Source: Acidobacteriota bacterium | GTDB taxonomy: Bacteria > Acidobacteriota > Blastocatellia > Pyrinomonadales > Pyrinomonadaceae | Reading direction: 5' to 3' | NCBI GenBank assembly: GCA_046728235.1 | Contig: JBKPEE010000033.1 | Location: 222 to 64,221, forward strand | Length of the DNA stretch: 64,000 nt | Part shown: one piece after another, positions 56,363 through 64,000 of the stretch | Numbering within the stretch: position 1 is the first letter of the stretch | Layout: each line of letters starts with the position of its first letter | Made by a program: the position numbers and the translations under genes | Notes under the pieces: generated by a model | Databases searched by the model: none | What the model was told of the DNA's origin: nothing | Seen by the model: the letters and a program-made list of their open reading frames with translations, nothing else

Positions 56363-57850
56363 TCAGATCGCAAACTGGCCGGATTCTAAACGCTCTTTGA
56401 TGTAGGCCAGACACTTCTCGGCATCAGCGCCGTCGATGATCCGGTGGTCGAAACTCAGGGCGAAGTAGGCCATGCTGCGGATCGCGACATAGTCTTCGCC
56501 ATCAGCGGAAGTCAGGACCTTGGTGCGCTTTTCGATTTTGCCCACGCCGAGGATGGCGACCTGCGGCTGATTTATGATCGGGGTGCCGAACAATCCGCCA
56601 AAGACACCGGGATTCGTGATCGTAAAAGTTCCTCCTGCAACTTCGTCCGGCTTCAATTGTTTGGTGCGCGCGCGGTCAGCCAGATCATTTGCCGCCCGTG
56701 CGAGTCCTGAGATTGAGAGATCGTCCGCGCGCTTAATCACCGGCACAATCAATCCCCAGTCGAGCGCGACCGCCATGCCCAGATTGATGTCGCGCTTGTA
56801 GATAATCTGGTCGCCGCTGACCTGAGAATTAAAGATCGGGAATTTGCGGATGGCATCCGTCACGGCCTTGAAGATGAAAGGCATGAAGGTAAGCTTTGTG
56901 CCGGTGCGCTCTTCGAAAGTTGCGCGGTTCTCCTCGCGCATCTTCGCAATCTTGCTCATGTCGATCTCATAGACGGTGGTCACGTGGGCGGACGTGCGCC
57001 GCGAGAGCACCATGTGCTCAGCGATCTTCTTCCGCATGACACTCATCTGCTCGACACGATCGCCGGTGGCGGGTTTCATCCCAGGCGCGGCTTGCATTTC
57101 GGGCACGCTCGTCCGAGGCGCGGGTTGCGCTTGAGGAGTGGAAGGTCGCGGCGGCGGGGCAGCACGCTGTGGAGCCGTCCCTGATTCGATAAAGCTGAGG
57201 ATGTCGTTCTTGGTGACCCGGCCACTCATGCCGGTACCCTCAAGCTGCTTGATGTCGATGCCGTGTTCTTCTGCGATCTTGCGCACCAGCGGACTTGACT
57301 TGGTCCGTCGCAACTCTTCCGCACTGGCTCCGCCGTTGCCGGCAGATGTCTTCGCAGTCGTCGCGTCGGTCTTTCTGACCAGCGGCTTTACCTCAGTCTT
57401 ATGGGCAGTTGGAGCTGGCGGCGGTGCAACCGGCGGCCGTGGAGGAGGTGGAGGCGGAGCGACAGGCCGCGGCGGTTCGGCAGCGGGTGCAGTCTGAATG
57501 GGTTTCGCCTCAACTGCCGGCGCTTCAGCTGGTGGTTCCGCTTGAGCCGGTTCTGCTTGAGCCGGCGTCTCCTGATCTTTCGCCGCCGAGCTCTCGACTG
57601 AAGGCTTCGCACCGTCCCCATCAAGAACCGCGACCACGGTGTTTACTTCGACTGTGTCACCTTCTTTGAATTTGATGTCCGTGAGAGTGCCGGCTGCCGG
57701 GGAAGGGATTTCCGCGTCGACTTTGTCGGTCGAGATTTCGAAGAGCGGTTCGTCACGATCGACATGGTCGCCGACATTCTTCAGCCACTTGGTGATAGTT
57801 CCTTCCGCGATGGATTCGCCCATTTGGGGCATTACAACTTCAGTCGCCAT
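56363..57850 (-). CDS. 2-oxoacid dehydrogenase E2 dihydrolipoamide acyltransferase
   Basis: Lipoyl domain (EISTDKVD), Pro/Ala-rich linkers, E3-binding SPLVRKIAEEHGID, and the catalytic DHRIIDGA motif. Confidence 0.9.
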   Translation of the reverse strand: MATEVVMPQMGESIAEGTITKWLKNVGDHVDRDEPLFEISTDKVDAEIPSPAAGTLTDIKFKEGDTVEVNTVVAVLDGDGAKPSVESSAAKDQETPAQAEPAQAEPPAEAPAVEAKPIQTAPAAEPPRPVAPPPPPPRPPVAPPPAPTAHKTEVKPLVRKTDATTAKTSAGNGGASAEELRRTKSSPLVRKIAEEHGIDIKQLEGTGMSGRVTKNDILSFIESGTAPQRAAPPPRPSTPQAQPAPRTSVPEMQAAPGMKPATGDRVEQMSVMRKKIAEHMVLSRRTSAHVTTVYEIDMSKIAKMREENRATFEERTGTKLTFMPFIFKAVTDAIRKFPIFNSQVSGDQIIYKRDINLGMAVALDWGLIVPVIKRADDLSISGLARAANDLADRARTKQLKPDEVAGGTFTITNPGVFGGLFGTPIINQPQVAILGVGKIEKRTKVLTSADGEDYVAIRSMAYFALSFDHRIIDGADAEKCLAYIKERLESGQFAI

Positions 57851-57982
57851 GATTACTCCAATTCTGAGATCTTCAGATATGAGGCCTCAGACTTTTCCAA
57901 TCCAGTATGTTCAGACGCCACACTTGTGCCGCGAAATTCGGAGGTCAGACAAGTCCGCCTCTAAACGAACTCCGGTTTTGCG

Positions 57983-58279
57983 CTACGCCGCTGCGGCTGT
58001 TCCCTGACCTTCGGCCGTCGTCGGATCGATGACGGTTTTGATTTCCGAGATCTTATTTGCCGGAAAGCCACCCTGCTGCGCGTGCGCGCGAATCATGTCT
58101 TCGCTGGGTGCGATATAAATGCAATAAACCTTGTCGCCGGTGACGTAGCTTTCAACCCACTGAATTTGCGGCCCGAGGTTTTGCAAGACCGTGCATGACT
58201 TCTGCGAGATGCCTTGCAGTTCCTGCGGCGTTAGATTTCCGGCGCCGGGAATTTCTCTTTCGATTACATACTTAGGCAT
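57983..58279 (-). CDS. DUF4242 domain-containing protein
   Basis: MPKYVIEREIPGAG ... IQWVESYVTGDKVYCIY ... GGFPA pattern. Start at the internal ATG 58279. Confidence 0.8.
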   Translation of the reverse strand: MPKYVIEREIPGAGNLTPQELQGISQKSCTVLQNLGPQIQWVESYVTGDKVYCIYIAPSEDMIRAHAQQGGFPANKISEIKTVIDPTTAEGQGTAAAA

Positions 58280-58307
58280 TGCGAGACTCCTTTCAGAAAA
58301 CAACTTC

Positions 58308-58402
58308 GACAGGATCTACAGGATGAACATGGGAAATGACTCAATGCCTGCTGATTCGATCCTCCGCACCTGCCAGATTCCGTCAATCTTGTAAACCCTG
58401 TC
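58308..58402. repeat. GACAGGATNTACA-terminated inverted-repeat element, copy 2
   Basis: gacaggatctacaggatgaaca ... cttgtaaaccctgtc. Its termini resemble those of 28887..29021. Confidence 0.6.
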
Positions 58403-58406
58403 AATA

Positions 58407-59435
58407 TTAATAAGCCGCGAGCTTACGCGCCGCGTCGACAACGTCTTTTACTTGCGGCAGGTAATAATCTTCGAGCGGGGGCGAATAAGGCACTGGCGTA
58501 TCTAGCGAAGCCACGCGCAGCACTGGCGCATCAAGCCATTCAAACGCCTCCTGCGAAATGATCGCGGCGATCTCTCCACCAATGCCCCCGGTCAGCGACG
58601 CTTCATGCAGGATCAAGGCCCGATTCGTTTTCTTCACGCTGGCCAGTATTGATTGCTTATCAAGGGGCGCCAGCGTCCGCAGATCGATTACCTCGACATC
58701 CAATCCTTCCTTCTCTAACTCTTCCGCCGCATCGAGCGCCGTCAAAACCTGCGCGCCGAAGGTGATGATAGACACATCGCGGCCTGCGCGCGCAGTGCGG
58801 GCCTGCCCGATTTCCACGATGTAATCGTCGGCGGGCAACTCTTCGCGCAGACGCGGCAGGCGATAAAGCTTTTTGTGTTCAAAGAAGAGCACCGGATCGG
58901 GATCGCGAATCGCTGCCTTGATCAAACCTTTGGCATCATAGGCGGTAGAGGGTTCGACGATCTTCAACCCTGAAGTGTTCAGGAAAAACGATTCAGCATT
59001 CAGCGAGTGAAACGGGCCCGCGCGCACTCCTGAGCCGCAGGGTCCACGAAAAACCGCCGGGATGCTGCCGCCCCAACGGTAACGGGACTTGGCCGCATAG
59101 TTCGTCAGCAGATCAAAGCCGCATGAGATGAAATCGATGAATTGAAACTCGGCCACCGGCCTTAGCCCCATGAGCGCCGCGCCGCAGGCGGCGCCGACAA
59201 TTGCCGCTTCGGATATGGGCGTATCGATTACGCGCTCTTTTCCGAAATGATCGATTAGGCCCTCGGTAACTTTAAAGGCGCCGCCGTACACCCCGACATC
59301 CTCGCCAATCAGGAAGACTGTCGGGTCGCGCTCCATCTCTTCCCAGATGCCTTGACGGATCGCTTCAACCATCGTGGCCTGACCGCCGCGCGGCGGGCGC
59401 TCGAGCTTGTGTTCTTTTTTGACAGCCGTAGACAT
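58407..59435 (-). CDS. 2-oxoacid dehydrogenase E1 component beta subunit
   Basis: 342 aa. FLIGEDVGVYGGAFKVT and DTPISEAAIVG motifs, with a transketolase-like C-terminal domain. Confidence 0.9.
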   Translation of the reverse strand: MSTAVKKEHKLERPPRGGQATMVEAIRQGIWEEMERDPTVFLIGEDVGVYGGAFKVTEGLIDHFGKERVIDTPISEAAIVGAACGAALMGLRPVAEFQFIDFISCGFDLLTNYAAKSRYRWGGSIPAVFRGPCGSGVRAGPFHSLNAESFFLNTSGLKIVEPSTAYDAKGLIKAAIRDPDPVLFFEHKKLYRLPRLREELPADDYIVEIGQARTARAGRDVSIITFGAQVLTALDAAEELEKEGLDVEVIDLRTLAPLDKQSILASVKKTNRALILHEASLTGGIGGEIAAIISQEAFEWLDAPVLRVASLDTPVPYSPPLEDYYLPQVKDVVDAARKLAAY

Positions 59436-59442
59436 ACTCGTA

Positions 59443-59997
59443 TCAGCTCGTTAGTTTCACCGGCGCCTTGTCCGCCGGCAATTTCAGTTTGTCCAGGTTC
59501 GGCAAAACCTTCTTAAGTTCAGTTAGATCTTTGCCGCTGGCGTCGACGAACGTCCAATTCTGTCCGCCATCAGTCGAAATTCCAATCAGGCTGCCTTCCG
59601 TTTGAAAGGTCCCGTCTTGTGCCTTGACCTTCGAGGTGACGGGCACAACCGCAAAAATACCGTCTGTATCATGAACGATTTGGGTTGGAGCTGAGGCGTT
59701 GGAGGAAATTATCTCGACGCCTTCGGATTCCATCGACTTCACTTCGTCGGTCATCGCCGCCAGCAGTTTCTCGCGTCCACCGCCCACCTCAACCACTTTC
59801 GGATAGGTCAGGTCGATCACTTTCGCGTAATCCTTTCGGCCGAGGGCCTCAGTAAGTTCCTGGGCCCGCGCCGTCAAGTTTGGATAACTCTCGGCCGTTG
59901 CGATTGGACTCGACGACTGGGCCGTCCGCTGCGGCGCGCGGTTACAGCCCGTGAACATCAACACTGAGCCAAGCAGCAGGCAACAAAAGAATTTCAT
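59443..59997 (-). CDS. hypothetical lipoprotein embedded in the dehydrogenase operon
   Basis: 184 aa with the lipobox LMFTGC. 7-nt and 16-nt gaps to the flanking E1 genes. Confidence 0.6.
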   Translation of the reverse strand: MKFFCCLLLGSVLMFTGCNRAPQRTAQSSSPIATAESYPNLTARAQELTEALGRKDYAKVIDLTYPKVVEVGGGREKLLAAMTDEVKSMESEGVEIISSNASAPTQIVHDTDGIFAVVPVTSKVKAQDGTFQTEGSLIGISTDGGQNWTFVDASGKDLTELKKVLPNLDKLKLPADKAPVKLTS

Positions 59998-60013
59998 GGA
60001 GTGCCAACCGGAC

Positions 60014-61147
60014 CTAACTCTCCAAAACCTTCGGCCGAAATGCCGGAGCTACGATTGAGTTATCAAAAACGCCATAGACCGCGCCCTCGGGTTCGGGCAT
60101 CGGCGAGCTTTCAGCCCATTCACAATCCTCGTCGATTTCGCGCATTACACCGGCGGTTATCTTATCCAGCTTCTCTTTGGTCGCGACGCTTTGCTCGAGC
60201 AGGAATCTTTCAAAACGATCGACGGGGTCATTGTGCTTCTCCCACCACTCAATCTCGCCTTCGGGAACGTAGCGCTGGTCGTCATGTTCAGCGTGGCCTT
60301 TGCGACGATAAGTCTTGGCCTCGATCAAAACTGCCCCGTGCCCGGAGCGGGCGTGTTCAATCGCGCGCCTGGTGACTTCATAACAGGCAATCACATCGTT
60401 GCCGTCGACGATGTAACCGGGAATGCCAAACGCCGCTGCTTTCTCGGCCAGATTGCGCACGGCTGTCTGCATGTTTGTCGGCGTCGAGTACGCGTAGTGA
60501 TTGTATTCAGCGATCACGATCAGCGGCAGGCGCTGCACGGCGGCAAAGTTCATGCCTTCATAAAACGCGCCGGTGCTGGCGCCGCCATCGCCAATATAAG
60601 CCAGGCCGACGATGTCTTTCTGCTGCATCCGCGCGCCCAACAGAATTCCATTCATTATCGGAATCATGTCGCCCAGATGCGAGATCGGCCCAATGAACCC
60701 TTTGTCCAGGTAACCGAAGTGGACGTTGAGGTCCTTACCGCCTGACGGTCCCCATGCCTTCGCCATGTACTGCGCGATGATCTCGCGTGGGCGGATGCCT
60801 TTGACAAAGCAGGAGCCAAGATCGCGAATGATTGGAGTGATGAAATCGTCAGGCCGCAGCGCATAAGCCGACCCAACGGCGGTGGCTTCCTGACCCAGTG
60901 AACGATAAACGCCGCCCACTACTTTCGTCTGGCGATAAAGGTTGACGATCCGCTCTTCGACCAGACGCGTGAGTTTCAGATACCGGTACAACTCGAGCAT
61001 CTGATCGTGCGTGAGCGAGGTATCTTTAATGCACGAGCGTGCTTCGCCTGCGGCGACTTTTCGCGGCGCATACCTGGTGCTGATGCGCATTTGAAAAGGT
61101 GGCCGACGGCGAGCGGCACGTTTTTGATTCTTTGCTTTTTCTGACAT
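60014..61147 (-). CDS. 2-oxoacid dehydrogenase E1 component alpha subunit (TPP-dependent)
   Basis: TPP-binding GDGGASTGAFYEGMNFA ... NN-type motif. 377 aa. Confidence 0.9.
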   Translation of the reverse strand: MSEKAKNQKRAARRRPPFQMRISTRYAPRKVAAGEARSCIKDTSLTHDQMLELYRYLKLTRLVEERIVNLYRQTKVVGGVYRSLGQEATAVGSAYALRPDDFITPIIRDLGSCFVKGIRPREIIAQYMAKAWGPSGGKDLNVHFGYLDKGFIGPISHLGDMIPIMNGILLGARMQQKDIVGLAYIGDGGASTGAFYEGMNFAAVQRLPLIVIAEYNHYAYSTPTNMQTAVRNLAEKAAAFGIPGYIVDGNDVIACYEVTRRAIEHARSGHGAVLIEAKTYRRKGHAEHDDQRYVPEGEIEWWEKHNDPVDRFERFLLEQSVATKEKLDKITAGVMREIDEDCEWAESSPMPEPEGAVYGVFDNSIVAPAFRPKVLES

Positions 61148-61219
61148 TGGTCCTATTGGTCCTTATTGGTCCCATCGGTCCCATTGATACAAGCGGACCC
61201 ATGGGACAAATGGGACCTC

Positions 61220-62623
61220 TCAGATATGGATCGCCATTCCTTCCACATTCTCAGCCGCTTCCATTACGGCTTCCGAAACTGTGGGGTGCGCGTGCATCGT
61301 GCGCCCCAACTCTTCGGCCGTCGATTCCAGCTGCATCGCCACGCAGGCCTCGGCGATCAACTCAGTTGCATGTGGTCCAATGATATGCACGCCCAGAATC
61401 TCGTCGTATTTTTTCTCGCTGACGATCTTCGCAAACCCTTCTTCTTCGCCGATGATCCGCGCCTTCCCGGAAGCCGAAAAAGGAAACTTGCCGACCTTAA
61501 CATCGTAACCTGCCTCCCTGGCTTTCGCTTCCGTCAAACCAACCGAACCAATTTCGGGATCGCAATAGGTGCAGTTCGGCACCAGCCGCAGATTGATCGG
61601 CCGAGGATTTTTTCCGGCCAGATGCTCGACGGCGACAATTCCCTCTTTCGACGCGAGGTGCGCGAGCAAAGGCGTCGGCACTACATCACCGATCGCGTAC
61701 ACGTTTTTCTCGTCGGTTTGTTGGAATTCGTTGACTTTGATAAATCCTTTTTCAACTTTGATTTTTGTTTTTTCCAGGCCGAGTCCTTCAGTAAAAGGCA
61801 TGCGCCCGACGGCGACCAGCAGCATCTCGGCCTCAAGCCTGACATCTTCGCCTTTTGAAGTCTTGCCGGTGACCACCACGCCGGTATCGGTCTTTTCCAA
61901 CTTCTCCAGTTTAGTGTCGACCTGCGATTTGATCCCGCGCTTGCGAAATGCTTTCGCAAGTTCGGCGGAAACTTCTTCGTCTTCCAGCGGGACCAGGCGC
62001 GGCAGCAACTCAACCACGGTTGTTTCAGCCCCAAAACGTGAGTAGACCGAAGCGAACTCAACGCCGACCGCGCCGCAGCCCATGACAATCAACGATTTCG
62101 GAACGTCAGTGAGCTCAAGAATGTGATCGCTGTTGACCACCTGTTTGCCGTCAGTGTCGAAGCCGGGAATCGGACGTACGACTGAGCCGGTGGCGATAAT
62201 AATGTTCTTTGTCTGAATCGTTTGCTTTGATCCATCTTCGGCCGTAACTTCGACCTTGCCGGGCAGCGCCAGTTTTCCTGTCCCTTTGAAAACTGTGCAC
62301 TTGTTTTTCTTCATTAAATACTCGATGCCTTTCGAGTTCTTCATCACCACCTTTTCTTTGCGCTTTTGCACGTCAGCAAATGCCAGTTGAATCGCCGAAG
62401 CCTGCACGCCAAAATCCGCGGCGTGCTGCATCTGTTCGTAAACATGCGCCGACATCAGAAGTTGTTTGGTGGGAATGCAGCCGCGCAAGGTGCAGGTGCC
62501 GCCCAGGCGCTTGTCCTTTTCAACAATCGCTACTTTCAAGCCCAACTGTCCGGCACGAATCGCGGCCACATAGCCGCCCGGTCCGCTGCCGATCACGGTC
62601 ACATCGAATTGTTCGTTAGCCAA
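61220..62623 (-). CDS. lpdA: dihydrolipoyl dehydrogenase (E3)
   Basis: GSGPGGY FAD motif, redox-active GGTCTLRGCIPTK, and the C-terminal HAHPTVSE motif. Confidence 0.95.
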   Translation of the reverse strand: MANEQFDVTVIGSGPGGYVAAIRAGQLGLKVAIVEKDKRLGGTCTLRGCIPTKQLLMSAHVYEQMQHAADFGVQASAIQLAFADVQKRKEKVVMKNSKGIEYLMKKNKCTVFKGTGKLALPGKVEVTAEDGSKQTIQTKNIIIATGSVVRPIPGFDTDGKQVVNSDHILELTDVPKSLIVMGCGAVGVEFASVYSRFGAETTVVELLPRLVPLEDEEVSAELAKAFRKRGIKSQVDTKLEKLEKTDTGVVVTGKTSKGEDVRLEAEMLLVAVGRMPFTEGLGLEKTKIKVEKGFIKVNEFQQTDEKNVYAIGDVVPTPLLAHLASKEGIVAVEHLAGKNPRPINLRLVPNCTYCDPEIGSVGLTEAKAREAGYDVKVGKFPFSASGKARIIGEEEGFAKIVSEKKYDEILGVHIIGPHATELIAEACVAMQLESTAEELGRTMHAHPTVSEAVMEAAENVEGMAIHI

Positions 62624-62796
62624 TTTGGAAGAGTCCTCTCGCGCAAGTGGTCGGTGATGGGTAATGAGTGACGAGTAATCTCAGGCCACCACACATAAAA
62701 ACGGTAATGACTTGGAAAGCTGGCATTATAATCTGTGCAGCGCGGATCAGCCAATTTCACCGACTGCGCGGGAACGTCCTATCGAGCTTGGTGAAA

Positions 62797-62875
62797 CGAT
62801 CCACCAAATTACACTAAACGGACACGAGCCTTGTCTTCTTCGTGACTTTTCGTGTGATTTCGTGGATCGTATTTG
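62797..62875. repeat. TTCGTGACTTTTC...TTTCGTGGATCGTATT element, copy 2, with hairpin partner
   Basis: cgatccaccaaattacac (62797..62814) pairs at 16/18 with gtgtgatttcgtggatcg (62852..62869). The core matches 27513..27547. Confidence 0.65.
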
Positions 62876-62952
62876 AATTGCAAATTTGACAACTCAGTCC
62901 GCTGGATTTGCCGAATAACATACAATTAATATCTGATTCCGGAAGGGACTAT

Positions 62953-63318
62953 ATGAAACACTCAGAAGGTTTTTTAAGAGTCGTGAATGACGCCAAAACC
63001 CGCGTCAAAGAGGTTACCGTCGCTGAGACGCACAATCGGCTGAAAGCCAATCGCAGCGCCAAACTCATCGATGTGCGCGAAGACAATGAATGGGACGCGG
63101 CACATGCCGCCGGCGCGATTCACCTCGGCAAGGGAATCATTGAACGGGACATTGAAACGACTGTGCCCGACAAATCAATCGAGTTGATTTTGTATTGCGG
63201 CGGCGGCTATCGATCGGCTTTGGCCGCCGATGTGTTACAGAACATGGGTTATACAAACGTCTATTCAATGGCCGGCGGTTGGAAAGCCTGGAAAGAATCA
63301 GGTGCGCCGGTTGAATGA
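62953..63318 (+). CDS. rhodanese-like domain protein (sulfurtransferase)
   Basis: KLIDVREDNEW and the active-site loop YCGGGYRS. ATG at 62953 is preceded by ggaaggg. Confidence 0.8.
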   Translation: MKHSEGFLRVVNDAKTRVKEVTVAETHNRLKANRSAKLIDVREDNEWDAAHAAGAIHLGKGIIERDIETTVPDKSIELILYCGGGYRSALAADVLQNMGYTNVYSMAGGWKAWKESGAPVE

Positions 63319-63351
63319 ACTTGCGCCAACCTCCAGGTGATTGAGCCGCCA

Positions 63352-64000
63352 ATGAAAGACCGGATTCATTTCACGCCGGATTTTTTTAAGTTTCTCCGCG
63401 ACCTCGGTAAGCACAACAACCGCGAGTGGTTTCAGGAGAACAAGTGGCGCTACCAGGAATTCGTGCGTGATCCCTTTTTGCGTTTCATCGAGGACTTCCG
63501 GCCGAGGCTTCATGCGATCAGTCCGCACTTGATTGCGGATCCCAAACCATCCGGCGGCTCGTTGCTGCGTATTTATCGCGACATGCGTTTTCGCAAAGAC
63601 CAGGCTCCCTATCAGACAATGGCGGCGGCGCGTTTTCCTCATCGGGCGTGGAAGGAAAGGACCGCGCCCGGCTTGTATTTACACCTTGATCCATCGCACT
63701 GCTTTTTCGCGTGCGGGCTTTGGCATCCTGATGGCGACACGCGCGCGTTGGTACGTGATGAGATCCTGCGCGAGCCCGGAAAATGGAAACGCGGGAGCAG
63801 GGGGAAAACCTTCCAATCAATCTGGCAATTGTCAGGAGATTCGTTCAAGCGTCCGCCGCCCGGGATTGATCCGGATCATCCTCTGGCAACGGATCTAATG
63901 CGCAAAGATTTTATTGCCGCAGCATATTTCAGCGAGCAGGTAGTGTGCGCACCTGATTTTCTGGGTCGCGCAACGAGGGCCACAAGTGCGGCGGCGCCGT
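63352..64000 (+). CDS. DUF2461 (TIGR02453) family protein, 3'-partial at the window edge
   Basis: Open frame from the ATG at 63352 to the end of the window: FFKFLRDLGKHNNREWFQENKWRYQEFVRDPF ... LLRIYRDMRFRKDQAPYQ. Absent from the ORF track because no stop is reached. Confidence 0.75.
   Translation, partial: MKDRIHFTPDFFKFLRDLGKHNNREWFQENKWRYQEFVRDPFLRFIEDFRPRLHAISPHLIADPKPSGGSLLRIYRDMRFRKDQAPYQTMAAARFPHRAWKERTAPGLYLHLDPSHCFFACGLWHPDGDTRALVRDEILREPGKWKRGSRGKTFQSIWQLSGDSFKRPPPGIDPDHPLATDLMRKDFIAAAYFSEQVVCAPDFLGRATRATSAAAP

Noticed and set aside
57380-57620. A highly repetitive GC-rich stretch spawns several overlapping ORFs in multiple frames.
   Set aside because: It is the Pro/Ala-rich inter-domain linker of the E2 acyltransferase (..APPPPPPRPPVAPPPAP..), an expected low-complexity coding region and not a separate repeat element.

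Overview
This is a gene-dense 64-kb chromosomal segment with about 55 protein genes and a moderately GC-rich look by eye. It is most consistent with an Acidobacteriota-type genome. That inference rests on a GWxTD-domain protein, a TIGR03436-like VWA protein, a membrane Ser/Thr kinase with a TPR ectodomain, an FG-GAP/DUF4214 protein, and many families of palindromic intergenic repeats. Housekeeping content includes lepA, purF, rlmN, pgeF, acpS, a class A PBP, tatA/tatC and an ATP-dependent DNA ligase. There is also a minus-strand lpdA-E1alpha-E1beta-E2 2-oxoacid dehydrogenase operon. The main metabolic block (13.1-28.9 kb) is a purine/urate degradation locus. It holds xanthine-dehydrogenase-type Mo, 2Fe-2S and FAD subunits, allantoinase, allantoicase, OHCU decarboxylase, HIU hydrolase and a PuuD-like membrane protein. 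The Mo-subunit gene is separated from the other two subunit genes by a Ser/Thr kinase, a Lys-rich micro-ORF and a cytoplasmic S41 peptidase. Two small toxin-antitoxin-like pairs are present, and one of them is frameshifted. The strongest single signal is an in-frame TGA exactly at the peroxidatic-cysteine position of a signal-peptide-bearing peroxiredoxin (34362..34961). A SECIS-like hairpin follows it, so this is a probable exported selenoprotein. Other notable structure: an identical 23-nt palindromic motif translated inside two unrelated genes. 85-bp inverted repeats (82/85 identical) bracket the rlmN-acpS block next to a truncated GWxTD paralogue. A perfect inverted pair of DnaA-box consensus 9-mers sits in a decayed ORF-poor island. 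No rRNA, tRNA, CRISPR array, transposase or integrase was recognised. All product calls come from reading motifs in the translations, and no database search was run.
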